A DNA stretch of 64,000 nucleotides from Macrostomum hystrix (lineage: Eukaryota > Animalia > Platyhelminthes): contig CATNEN010000039.1 in assembly GCA_950097015.1 (NCBI GenBank), positions 13,206,001-13,270,000 on the forward strand. Direction: 5' to 3'. Below are positions 12,032 through 24,634 of the stretch, piece after piece (the first letter of the stretch is position 1; each line of letters begins with the position of its first letter). Made by a program: the position numbers and the translations under genes. The notes below the pieces were generated by a model, which had not been told where the DNA came from, ran no database searches, and was given only the letters and a program-made list of their open reading frames with translations.

Positions 12032-12619
12032 CTAGCTGTTGGAGCCGCCGTGCAGCCAGAACCTCCACCTGGTACTCGCAGGTCCGCTGGTTCCCAATGG
12101 CTTACTTGGCGTTACATATGGTCTCAAAAGCAAATCGCTTCCAGCTAGGAGTGGTCGCTGAGTTCGGTGCTGCGGCTGAGAATAGGTTGAATAATCCCTA
12201 TTGCCGACAGAAACGAAAGGCAAGATTGGCATAGCCAACGTCGACACAGCGCTATCGGAGTCCAACTCCACCGGTCGACTCAAATCCGTGTAGTGCCTTG
12301 GCGTTGACAAACTGCTCAAATCGTAGCCGTAACCACTGCTGTACAGATTCTCAGGCCATCGGCTTGGCGACAGTTGAGCTTGGGACTCAATTCCCAACTG
12401 AAGTCTTTGTCCACTATCCACTGCGTCAGTAGTTAAAGCATTGTCGTAATAGTCTTCCAGATCCCACAGCTGATCTTCAATGAGACGCAGCGAAGGCAAT
12501 CTCGAGTTGGACGAAGATGTCGCATTGACAGTCTGGGCAGCGGACCACAATGCTAAACTAGGACTGGAGTTCGCGTAGAAACTTCCATAGGCCGAGTTTG
12601 ACGTGGTTTCGGTTGACAT
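12032..12619 (-). CDS. Possible orphan protein, 195 aa, Ser-rich, no recognised domain
   Basis: Non-repetitive 588-nt ATG-TAG ORF in a GC-richer island (aaATGtc context); no family motif recognised. Confidence 0.45.
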   Translation of the reverse strand: MSTETTSNSAYGSFYANSSPSLALWSAAQTVNATSSSNSRLPSLRLIEDQLWDLEDYYDNALTTDAVDSGQRLQLGIESQAQLSPSRWPENLYSSGYGYDLSSLSTPRHYTDLSRPVELDSDSAVSTLAMPILPFVSVGNRDYSTYSQPQHRTQRPLLAGSDLLLRPYVTPSKPLGTSGPASTRWRFWLHGGSNS

Positions 12620-13282
12620 TTCTCTTTTTTGTTGGACAGCAGTCGAAAATTTCAGAGTTTTTTTTGTCTAAGACCACAACTGCTTTAGTACAGTAGATTC
12701 GTCTCACTTTTTCTCTCTATTTTCTCACTCTGAGAATGTAAATAGAATTACTGGACTGAATCCTTAAATGACTTGCTATGGCTAGAGCTAGTCTTTGGCT
12801 AGCAGCAGCAGCAGGCACTCTGCACAATGAGATGGTGTTTGGCGATAAGCATTTAGCTGATATTGAACCACTGCAGTTGAACTCAAAAGGGAGTGAGGAG
12901 AGGAAGGCTATTGTAACCAGGCGCTTGATGCCAGCCCTAACGTCTTGGCGATGAAATGGCGGCAGAAATTTCATAATTAATTTTTCTTTCAACGTGCTAT
13001 GCAATGGCTGTTAGACTAGGCTGAATATCATAGCTAGACCATATCTTTCACAAAACTATTTTTTGCTGGCAACAAAAATGTTGCCACTTTTGAGATAATG
13101 ACAGGTCTCACAAGACCTTTTCACTTTACTTGAGCTGTGCTCTTAGAGGCAGCTATTTAGCTAGTTAACTACCATTTTTTCAAAGCACAATGCATTGTGC
13201 TGTAAAGCGATTATGTAAAAGAATGCATTACGATGCAAACTTTCTGCTTTGAATAATATTTCAATATTCTGTTATATTTTTT

Positions 13283-14490
13283 CTGTTCTATTCTATCCTG
13301 TTCTATCCTCTCCTGTTCTATCCTCTCCTGTTCTATTCTATCCTGTTCTATTCTATCCTGTTCTTTTCTATCCTGTTCTATTCTATCCTGTTCTATTCTA
13401 TCCTGTTCTATTCTATCCTTTTCTATTCTATCCTGTTCTATTCTATCCTGTTCTATTCTATCCTGTTCTATTCTATCCTGTTCTATTCTATCCTGTTCTA
13501 TTCTATCCTGTTCTATTCTATCCTGTTCTATTCTATCCTGTTCTATTCTATCCTGTTCTATTCTATCCTGTTCTATTCTATCCTGTTCTATTCTATCCTG
13601 TTCTATTATATCCTGTTCTATTCTATCCTGTTCTATTCTATCCTGTTCTATTATATCCTGTTCTATTCTATCCTGTTCTATTCTATCCTGTTCTATTCTA
13701 TCCTGTTCTATTCTATCCTGTTCTTTTCTATCCTGTTCTATTCTATCCTGTTCTATTCTATCCTGTTTCTATTCTATCCTGTTCTATTCTATCCTGTTCT
13801 ATTCTATCCTGTTCTATTCTATCCTGTTCTATCCTCTCCTGTTCTATTCTATCCTGTTCTATTCTATCCTGTTCTATTATATCCTGTTCTATTCTATCCT
13901 GTTCTATTCTATCCTGCTCTATTCTATCCTATTCTATTCTATCCTGTTCTATTCTATCCTGTTCTATTCTATCCTGTTCTATTCTATCCTGTTCTATTCT
14001 ATCCTGTTCTATTCTATCCTGTTCTATTCTATCCTGTTCTATTCTATCCTGTTCTATTCTATCCTGTTCTATTATATCCTGTTCTATTCTATCCTGTTCT
14101 ATTCTATCCTGTTCTATTCTATCCTGTTCTATTCTATCCTGTTCTATTCTATCCTGTTCTATTCTATCCTGTTCTATTCTATCCTGTTCTATTATATCCT
14201 GTTCTATTCTATCCTGTTCTATTCTATCCTGTTCTATTCTATCCTGTTCTATTCTATCCTGTTCTATTCTATCCTGTTCTATTCTATCCTGTTCTATTCT
14301 ATCCTGTTCTATTCTATCCTGTTCTATTATATCCTGTTCTATTCTATCCTGTTCTATTCTATCCTGTTCAATTCTATCCTGCTCTATTCTATCCTGTTCT
14401 ATTCTGTTCTCTTCTACTCTATTCTGTTCTGTTCTACTCTAAACTATTCAATTTTATTTTATTCTATTCTATTCTACTCTGCTATATTCT
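13283..14490. repeat. 15-bp minisatellite (TTCTATCCTGTTCTA)n built from 5-mers
   Basis: Directly visible. Confidence 0.96.
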
Positions 14491-14803
14491 GTTCTCTTTC
14501 ATTTTGCCCTCAGTACGATGCACTTTTGGCAGTAGATATTATGTTTTCACGCTCCCTAAAAGACATTTAAAAGTATCAATTTTTTGCAACATGTCTGTGG
14601 ATGGAGTCAATTGTGTCATTTCAGTAAATTTTCGTTGACAGACTTTTCTGCATCTCTGCTGATGGAGCTCTAAAATAACTTGTAGTCACGACAGGCGACA
14701 AGCGTTAATAAATCCCCATCCATTTTACTTTTTCCCAAGCATCGATGAAAAGCAGAAATATAGTTTAATAAAAATATGGACTTCTTGCGCAGGACTGGAA
14801 GGT

Positions 14804-17800
14804 CTCATGCTAGAGTGGCATTTCTCATGTTAGAGTTGGATTTCTCATGTTAGAGTGGCATTTCTCATGTTAGAGTTGGATTTCTCATGTTAGAGTGGCA
14901 TTTCTCATGTTAGAGTGGCATTTCTCATATTAGAGTTGGATTTCTCATGTTAGAGTGGCATTTCTCATGTTATAGTGGCATTTCTCATGTTAGAGTTGGA
15001 TTTATCATTTCAGAGTCTCATTTCTCATGTTGGAGTGGCATTTCTCATATTAGAGTAAGATTTCTCATGTTGGAGTGGCATTTCTCATTTCAGAGTGGGA
15101 TTTCTCATGTTAGAGTGGCATTTCTCATATTAGAGTTGGATTTCTCATGTTAGAGTGGCATTTCTCATATTAGAGTTGGATTTCTCATGTTAGAGTGGCA
15201 TTTCTCATGTTATAGTGGCATTTCTCATGTTAGAGTTAGATTTATCATTTCAGAGTCTCATTTCTCATGTTGGAGTGGCATTTCTCATATTAGAGTAAGA
15301 TTTCTCATGTTGGAGTGGCATTTCTCATGTTAGAGTGGCATTTCTCATGTTAGAGTTGGATTTCTCATGTTAGAGTTGGATTTCTCATATTAGAGTTGGA
15401 TTTCTCATGTAAGAGTGGCATTTCTCATGTTAGAGTGGCATTTCTCATATTAGATTAAGATTTCTCATGTTAGAGGGGCATTTCTCATGTTGGAGTGGGA
15501 TTTCTCATGTTAGAGTGGCATTTCTCATATTTGAGTTGGATTTCTCATGTTAGAGTGGCATTTCTCATGTTAGAGTTGGATTTATCATGTTAGAGTGGTA
15601 TTTCTCATGTTGGAGTGGCATTTCTCATATTAGAGTAAGATTTCTCATGTTGGAGTGTCATTTCTCATATTAGAGTAAGATTTCTCATGTTGGAGTGGCA
15701 TTTCTCATATCTGAGTAAGATTTCTCATGTTGGAATGGCATTTCTCATGTTAGAGTGGCATTTCTCATGTTAGAGTTGGATTTCTCATGTTAGAGTTGGA
15801 TTTCTCATATTAGAGTTGGATTTCTCATGTTAGAGTGGCATTTCTCATGTTAGAGGGGCATTTCTCATATTAGAGTAAGATTTCTCATGTTGGAGTAAGA
15901 TTTCTCATATTAGAGTAAGATTTCTCATGTTGGAGTGGCATTTCTCATGTTGGAGTGGCATTTCTCATGTTAGAGTGGCATTTCTCATGTTAGAGTTGGA
16001 TTTCTCATATTAGAGTTGGATTTCTCATATTAGAGTTGGATTTCTCATGATAGAGTGGCATTTCTCATGTTATAGTGGCATTTCTCATGTTAGAGTAAGA
16101 TTTCTCATGTTAGAGTGGGATTTATCATGTTAGAGTGGCATTTCTCATGTTAGAGTGGGATTTATCAAACTAGAGAGGCATTTCTCATGCTAGAGTGGGA
16201 TTTCTCATATTAGAGTTGGATTTCTCATGTTAGAGTGGCATTTCTCATGTTAGAGTGGTATTTCTCATGTTATAGTGGCATTTCTCATGTTAGAGTTGGA
16301 TTTATCATTTCAGAGTCTCATTTCTCATGTTGGAGTGGCATTTCTCATATTAGAGTAAGATTTCTCATGTTGGAGTGGCATTTCTCATTTCAGAGTGGGA
16401 TTTCTCATGTTAGAGTGGCATTTCTCATATTAGAGTTGGATTTCTCATGTTAGAGTGGCATTTCTCATATTAGAGTTGGATTTCTCATGTTAGAGTGGCA
16501 TTTCTCATGTTATAGTGGCATTTCTCATGTTAGAGTTAGATTTATCATTTCAGAGTCTCATTTCTCATGTTGGAGTGGCATTTCTCATATTAGAGTAAGA
16601 TTTCTCATGTTGGAGTGGCATTTCTCATGTTAGAGTGGCATTTCTCATGTTAGAGTTGGATTTCTCATGTTAGAGTTGGATTTCTCATATTAGAGTTGGA
16701 TTTCTCATGTAAGAGTGGCATTTCTCATGTTAGAGTGGCATTTCTCATATTAGATTAAGATTTCTCATGTTAGAGGGGCATTTCTCATGTTGGAGTGGGA
16801 TTTCTCATGTTAGAGTGGCATTTCTCATATTTGAGTTGGATTTCTCATGTTAGAGTGGCATTTCTCATGTTAGAGTTGGATTTATCATGTTAGAGTGGTA
16901 TTTCTCATGTTGGAGTGGCATTTCTCATATTAGAGTAAGATTTCTCATGTTGGAGTGTCATTTCTCATATTAGAGTAAGATTTCTCATGTTGGAGTGGCA
17001 TTTCTCATATCTGAGTAAGATTTCTCATGTTGGAATGGCATTTCTCATGTTAGAGTGGCATTTCTCATGTTAGAGTTGGATTTCTCATGTTAGAGTTGGA
17101 TTTCTCATATTAGAGTTGGATTTCTCATGTTAGAGTGGCATTTCTCATGTTAGAGGGGCATTTCTCATATTAGAGTAAGATTTCTCATGTTGGAGTAAGA
17201 TTTCTCATATTAGAGTAAGATTTCTCATGTTGGAGTGGCATTTCTCATGTTGGAGTGGCATTTCTCATGTTAGAGTGGCATTTCTCATGTTAGAGTTGGA
17301 TTTCTCATATTAGAGTTGGATTTCTCATATTAGAGTTGGATTTCTCATGTTAGAGTGGCATTTCTCATGTTATAGTGGCATTTCTCATGTTAGAGTAAGA
17401 TTTCTCATGTTAGAGTGGGATTTATCATGTTAGAGTGGCATTTCTCATGTTAGAGTGGGATTTATCAAACTAGAGAGGCATTTCTCATGCTAGAGTGGGA
17501 TTTCTCATATTAGAGTTGGATTTCTCATGTTAGAGTGGCATTTCTCATGTTAGAGTGGTATTTCTCATGTTAGAGTGGAATTTCTCATGTTAGAGAGGCA
17601 TTTCTCATGTTGGATTGGAATTTCTCATGTTAGAGTGGCATTTCTCATGTTGGAGTGGAGTTTCTCATGTTAGAGTAAGATTTCTCATGTTAGAGTGGCA
17701 TTTCTCATTTCAGAGTTGGATTTTTCATATTAGAGTTGGATTTCTCATGTTAGAGTGGCATTTCTCATATTAGAGTTGGATTTCTCATGTTAGAGTGGCA

Positions 17801-19210
17801 TTTCTCATGTTATAGTGGCATTTCTCATGTTAGAGTAAGATTTCTCATGTTAGAGTTGGATTTCTCATATTAGAGTTGGATTTCTCATGTTAGAGTGGCA
17901 TTTCTCATGTTACAGTGGCATTTCTCATGTTAGAGTAAGATTTCTCATGTTAGAGTGGGATTTATCATGTTAGAGTGGCATTTCTCATGTTAGAGTGGGA
18001 TTTATCAAGCTAGAGAGGCATTTCTCATGCTAGAGTGGGATTTCTCATATTAGAGTTGGATTTCTCATGTTAGAGTGGCATTTCTCATGTTAGAGTGGTA
18101 TTTCTCATGTTAGAGTGGAATTTCTCATGTTAGAGAGGCATTTCTCATGTTGGAGTGGAATTTCTCATGTTAGAGTGGCATTTCTCATGTTGGAGTGGAA
18201 TTTCTCATGTTAGAGTAAGATTTCTCATGTTAGAGTGGCATTTCTCATTTCAGAGTTGGATTTTTCATATTAGAGTTGGATTTCTCATGTTAGAGTGGCA
18301 TTTCTCATGTTATAGTGGCATTTCTCATGTTAGAGTAAGATTTCTCATGTTAGAGTGGGATTTATCATGTTAGAGTGGCATTTCTCATGTTAGAGTGGGA
18401 TTTATCAAGCTAGAGAGGCATTTCTCATGCTAGAGTGGGATTTCTCATATTAGAGTTGGATTTCTCATGTTGGAGTGGCATTTCTCATGTTAGAGTGGTA
18501 TTTCTCATGTTAGAGTGGAATTTCTCATGTTAGAGAGGCATTTCTCATGTTGGAGTGGAATTTCTCATGTTAGAGTGGCATTTCTCATGTTGGAGTGGAA
18601 TTTCTCATGTTAGAGTAAGATTTCTCATGTTAGAGTGGCATTTCTCATTTCAGAGTTGGATTTTTCATATTAGAGTTGGATTTCTCATTTCAGAGTGGGA
18701 TTTCTCATGTTAGAGTGGCATTTCTCATATTAGAGTTGGATTTATCATTTCAGAGTCTCATTTCTCATGTTGGAGTGGCATTTCTCATATTAGAGTAAGA
18801 TTTCTCATGTTGGAGTGGGATTTATCATGTTAGAGTGGGATTTCTCATGTTAGAGTGGGATTTATCATGTTAGAGTGGGATTTATCAAGCTAGAGAGGCA
18901 TTTCTCATGCTAGAGTGGGATTTCTCATATTAGAGTTGGATTTCTCATGTTAGAGTGGCATTTCTCATGTTAGAGTGGCATTTCTCATGTTAGAGTGGCA
19001 TTTCTCATGTTAGAGTGGAATTTCTCATGTTAGAGTGGCATTTCTCATGTTGGAGTGGAATTTCTCATGTTAGTGTAAGATTTATCATGTTGGAGTGGCA
19101 TTTCTCATGTTAGAGTAAGATTTCTCATGTTGGAAGGTATTTCTCATGTCGCAGAGGATTTCTCATGTCAGAGTGGCATTTTTCATGTTAAAGTGGCATT
19201 TCTCATGTTG
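14804..19210. repeat. 20-bp satellite (TTTCTCATGTTAGAGTGGCA)n, ~220 copies, with a 1300-bp higher-order duplication
   Basis: Monomers stay in exact 20-bp register; rare variants recur at +1300. Confidence 0.97.
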
Positions 19211-19910
19211 TAATCGTGGATTTATTTTGTTTAGCACGTAAAGCCATCTACCCAGCATTCTAAATGTATTAATAACAGTACTCACTGAGCAAAGGGGCAG
19301 TGAGATATTTGTGGCGTAAAATGCTTCATAAAATATTGAATGCCAAGTTTTTTTCTTTAAGTAGGCAAAGCTAATGCTTGTCCTATTGCTCTTCCTGTGT
19401 CCTGGAGGGCCACAAAAAATAGAAGAAGCATGGCGTATCCCTAGGGTCCAAGCTTAGCGCGGCGAAAATTGAACTATGCTCAAAGTCTTGTTGTGCGCAT
19501 TTTCATTTCAAGCTAAACATGAAAGCTTCAAAGCCGTTGAGTAGCGATAGGTAATATGAATTACGCTTAATCCACTGTACAGGCTGACTATTTTAGTGCA
19601 TGTAAATAATTGCACTGAATATCGTGGTTAACTTTATGATACAATTGCACACATACATCTAAACGCGCTGCTATGCGACAATCAGCAAGACAGAAACCGT
19701 AAATGCTTTTCGATTTGTAAAACTAAGGCACAACTATTGAACTCTGCCACTACTAAAGCAGTAGTATTGTGGAGCCAGGAAGATATTTGGAGATAATCAT
19801 TCTTCAAAAAACGGCAAGTGTAACTGCTTTGGTGTTGCACAAAAATTATGTTTATCAACCAGTTGTAGTGTGTCACCTTTACTTCGCTGGCGAAAAAGCA
19901 CTAGGCCGGC

Positions 19911-20350
19911 TACCAACCAACCAACCAACCAACCAACCAACCAACCAACCAACCAACCAACCAACCAACCAACCAACCAACCAACCAACCAACCAACCAA
20001 CCAACCAACCAACCAACCAACCAACCAACCAACCAACCAACCAACCAACCAACCAACCAACCAACCAACCAACCAACCAACCAACCAACCAACCAACCAA
20101 CCAACCAACCAACCAACCAACCAACCAACCAACCAGCCAAACAACCAACCAACCAACCAACCAACCAACCAACCAACCAACCAACCAACCAACCAACCAA
20201 CCAGCCAAACAACCAACCAACCAACCAACCAACCAACCAACCAACCAGCCAAACAACCAACCAACCAACCAACCAACCAACCAACCAACCAACCAACCAA
20301 CCAACCAACCAACCAACCAACCAACTAAACAATCAATCTACCAACTAACC
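19911..20350. repeat. (ACCA)n tetranucleotide microsatellite
   Basis: Directly visible. Confidence 0.97.
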
Positions 20351-21098
20351 AAGTATTTAACTAAATAACTAACTAAGAAATAAATCAACTTAATCTAGCG
20401 AAAATATTTATCCTTCAATGTAACAGCAAGTACCGATGGAAATGTTTATTTGAAGAACTCGGAGCACGAAAGAATGTCTTTCACACAGATTAGCATAAAA
20501 TCGAGCTCTGACATTGTTTTCAACCTTGCAGAAATCTCGCAGCATGCAGGTCTAACATTTCATTAGTTGAGAGTGAGATCAGAGCCTTCAATTCTATTTC
20601 CTAAATAATTTTTTCATTAATTACTCTTTGCAAAGCCAGCTGAGTCTCGGTCATGTCGCTGCCTTCTGATTGGAAACTGTAAGGACTCGACTGCTCTCTA
20701 ATCAAAAGGTAAAAATCTGATTTAGAAAAATTTCTTCAGGATCTCTGCTGCCCCCTTCTTAGTCTTGGCAGCTATTCGCTAATTACACATTTAGCATCGA
20801 CACAAGCTTCACCTGCTCGAGGAACTCAAGTTCGGCCCTTTCATTTTGACCGTCCTAGAGCTGCACCGATTGGATAATTGTTCGATCATTTTTGCCTGTC
20901 TACTTTCCCTTCTCTAGATCTCGCTCTAATACTGGCTACTTAAATGTCTCCAGAAGCTGCATACTGCCTCTCCTAAGGAAATGCATCTTTAATCAGAGGT
21001 AAGTGCAATTCAAAGAACAAGTTTTTTTCGCAGCCTTGTTGAAAAATTTTCAATAACAATGATTGAATTCAATTTCAGAATTTGAATTAGAAAAGTCC

Positions 21099-21921
21099 AT
21101 GGAAAAGTGTCGCCAGTTTTTGCTGCTCTTCGTTTTAATTGCGATGGCAACGGCCAATTCGAGTGAACTGGAAACTGGCGCCAAGAATGTCAGCTCCGCT
21201 GACCCGGGGGCCTCGGTTCAGCTCAAAGGTGGCGCGCACATTCTGGTGACCACACAGCGCTATCTCTGGGGCTACGCTGCCTCAGCGGTAGGCGCAGTCG
21301 GTCTCCTTGGCAACGGCCTCAGCATCGCGGTGCTGCGCTCCCCCCGGATGGCCTCCTCCACGTCCGACTACTTGGCGGCTCTAGCCGCAGCCGACGTCGT
21401 CATTCTGCTGCTCTTCAGCGCCTGCATGGGTCTGCCGCAGCTCTCGTCGGACTACCGTCGGCTCGTCGACTCGGAGAACTCGGCGCTGATCGCTGCTCTT
21501 TACCCGGTGTCGCTGTTTGCCCAGATGTTCGGCACCTACACTACGGCCTGCTTCACTGTGGAGCGCTGCCTGTCGGTGATGCTGCCCTTGCGCTTCGGCG
21601 GGCCGCTCGGCAGCAATCGGACTCGGGCCAGGCGAGCCCTGCTCAGCGTTGCTGCGTTCTGCATCGTCTACAATCTGCCGCGAGCCTTCGAGTCCGTGCC
21701 ATTTAGTCGGCCTGGTCGAAGCAACAACTCAACCAACGTAACAACGACCAGGCAGCTGCCCCGTACTCTGCGTACCAGCTTGTGGTACAACCGTGTCTAC
21801 AGCGGTGCACTGTACACCGTCTTCATGTACGCGCTGCCGCTCACCGTCATTACGACTGCCAACGCCCTGCTTATAAGAGCTGTGCGAGCCGCTAACAGCA
21901 TCAACAACATTGGCGAAGAAG
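21099..21921 (+). CDS. Class A neuropeptide GPCR, FMRFamide-receptor-like, coding exon 1 (TM1-TM5)
   Basis: GLLGN (TM1), YLAALAAAD (TM2), FTVERC (DRY equivalent), YNLPRAFE (TM4), LPL..I...N (TM5); phase-1 donor G|gtaggt at 21921/2; probable 5'UTR intron ~20999-21078. Confidence 0.9.
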
Positions 21922-22140
21922 GTAGGTCTTTGTTGGATGCATCGATTACTTGATAGACAAGATTCAGTATGCTTTCGGATGTCTTGTAATAATAATATTG
22001 ATGGTGAGGCCTGTGTGGGCATTGGTTCATCACTTACTAACAGCAATTAGAAAGAGAGGCCGAAAAAACACAATTATGACCATTCTGCTGGCTCATGAGT
22101 CCACACGGTGCTTGAACAGATAGTAACAATACGCAGGCAG

Positions 22141-22961
22141 TGGTTTACGCGAGATTCTCTAGGGCCTTTTTAATTATCAGACGGAGTACAACAAGCCTTA
22201 AGGCTTCACCCCACGAAAACGCTCCAGAAAACTGCGATATTCTGAGCGAGAACGCCTCGTCAACGAATCGGCTACGGCATCTGCGTCCTTGGCGACAGAA
22301 CCGGGGCTGTCGCGGCGGCCTCGTTAACCTGCGCGAGCGACAAAAACGACTGAAGCGAGAGACCAACATCAGCATCATGCTGGCCAGTATTGTGATGGTG
22401 TTCATCTTTTGCCAGACGTTCTGCTTTGCCGACAATCTTCTCGCGGTGATCACTTATCCGAGACCGCCGGGGCCTGCCGCACAGGCACTGTACATCGTTG
22501 CTCAGTTCATGGTGGTCATCAACTCATCGGTAAACTTCATCCTCTTCTGTTTCTTTGGCGAGAAATTTCGCCGTGAATTGAGCCGAATTCTGGCCGGCGT
22601 CGGCAGCAGCAGCAGCAGCGCCAGCGGTGTCGACGGTGGCAGGAATCGATGGCGAGTTGGCGGTCTAAGGCGAAACTGGACAGGTCCGTCAGCTTCAACG
22701 GCTGGCCTTGAGCGGCAACAACAGCGCGGCAGTCAGTTACGAGGCCACTGCAGTCCGGCATCGATACAGTCGCCAAAAAGACTACAGATGGCAGAAAGAA
22801 GCAGAAAGAAGACTGCAGAAAGAAGAGAACCAGCCGATGGCAGCGTAGCCTTGAGGAAGCTAAGCGGGCGTTTCCAGTCTGGTTACAAAGCCTCCTCGAC
22901 ATTCATGGCGATGAGTCCATCGAGCGGTGTCTGCTGTAACAGCGTCGGTTTTTCCATGTAG
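22141..22961 (+). CDS. Same GPCR, coding exon 2 (ICL3, TM6, TM7, C-tail)
   Basis: RETNISIMLASIVMVFIFCQ (TM6), INSSVNFILFCFFGEKFRREL (TM7/helix 8). Acceptor uncertain: phase-compatible exon starts at 22141 or 22228. Confidence 0.85.
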
Positions 22962-23084
22962 CGCAAAAACGTTAAGCAAAAGACATTTTTGCACTGAAAC
23001 TTTAGTTGGTTCAGTTAAACAAACTTAAACCTGTACAAAAATCCAACGTCGGCTGACTTGCCCGACGTAAATCGACGTCCAGCG

Positions 23085-23232
23085 ATTCTAATTCCTAATC
23101 TAATCTAATCTAAATCTAATTCCGGATTCTGGATTCTGGATTCTAATTCCGGATTCTGGATTCTAATTCTGGATTCTGGATTCTAATTCCGGATTCTGGA
23201 TTCTAATTCTGGATTCTGGATTCTGGATTCCG
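23085..23232. repeat. Short GGATTCT/TAATTC tandem repeat
   Basis: Directly visible. Confidence 0.8.
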
Positions 23233-24104
23233 GGGCATCAGCTAGCATTCTTCGGATTCTAAACCGCGGATTCTGCTCATTTCTGTCAAGAATCCACACC
23301 GCCAGCATGGAGATAAATCGATTTGCTTTTTTGTGTAAACAACGAAACCTATTTTCTAATTAATTATGAAATCCAGAGATATCTCGATTATAATTAGCTA
23401 ATTAATTCCTTGTTTTTTGTAAGTCTGACGAATCGTTTACGCCTGAAGCGATATGGATGTATACTGAAAGATGTGAAAAATTAAATAACTTGATAAATAT
23501 CTCGATCTACAGTAGTTGCGCCACTTGCAGTTGCAGTCACCCTCCCTCAGCTGCAGCATGCATGGGGTGTGTTTTTTTTAATATTCATTATCTATGATGC
23601 CCAAGCGTATGAAAACTGTGTGTTGTACTCTTAAGTCAATGCGGTAACTATTTACATCGTTTACACTAGTTAAAGTCAGTTTTTTGCCTTCCTCGGCATG
23701 CAGCTTGTGTCTATAATATCGATTTGGTATCTAAAAAACTTGTCGATCGTTAATTTGCAACAAAATTGATGCTGAATGGGAAACTTTAAACAGATTGCTT
23801 GTCGAATTGAACGATATTGAATTGTAAGCCTTATTATAACTAAAATATTTATTACAACTGCATGCTCAAAAATGAATAAAGTGTACGCAAAGAGAGTTTT
23901 AAAACAATAACACCCACAACAACGTACGCTGTGAAGATTAAAAAATGATTTTATCGTTGATAAGATCTTTAAGCATATAAAAAGTAAACGCGAAAACGAC
24001 AGCGAAAACCACACTGCAAATAAATTCAAAATCTGTTTCCTCGAAACTTAGGACTCTGGTAACAATTTTCACAATTTTCACAGAAACAATTTTCAGTCAA
24101 TTTT

Positions 24105-24634
24105 CAGTGTGGATTAAGCCAAAGTGTCTCTCCTGCGAATATCAATGGAGCCTATTGAAATACATTACAGAGATGGCGAGCACCACGTACAGGTGATTAT
24201 CTCCGAAACTACCAGTCCAATTTGGTAGAAATTTGACACCGTATCATATCTCGGTTGCTGTATGGAGAATATAAAGTGTGAGCAGTGTGGATTAAGCCAA
24301 AGTGTCTCTCCTGCGAATATCAATGGAGCCTATTGAAATACATTACAGAGATGGCGAGCACCACGTACAGGTGATTATCTCCGAAACTACCAGTCCAATT
24401 TGGTAGAAATTTGACACCGTATCATATCTCGGTTGCTGTATGGAGAATATAAAGTGTGAGCAGTGTGGATTAAGCCAAAGTGTCTCTCCTGCGAATATCA
24501 ATGGAGCCTATTGAAATACATTACAGAGATGGCGAGTACCACGTACAGGTGATTATCTCCGAAACTACCAGTCCAATTTGGTAGAAATTTGACACGGTAT
24601 CATATCTCGGTTGCTGTATGGAGAATATAAAGTG
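24105..24634. repeat. Three nearly identical 178-bp tandem units
   Basis: Units start at 24105, 24283 and 24461. Confidence 0.95.

Noticed and set aside
14804-19210. CRISPR-like regular periodicity (also 24105-24634, 38310-44202)
   Set aside because: No unique spacers, no cas genes, eukaryotic context.
13249-20368. ORFs with FYPVL, SILSC, PTNQ and LVGW repeats
   Set aside because: Stop-free readings of simple repeats.
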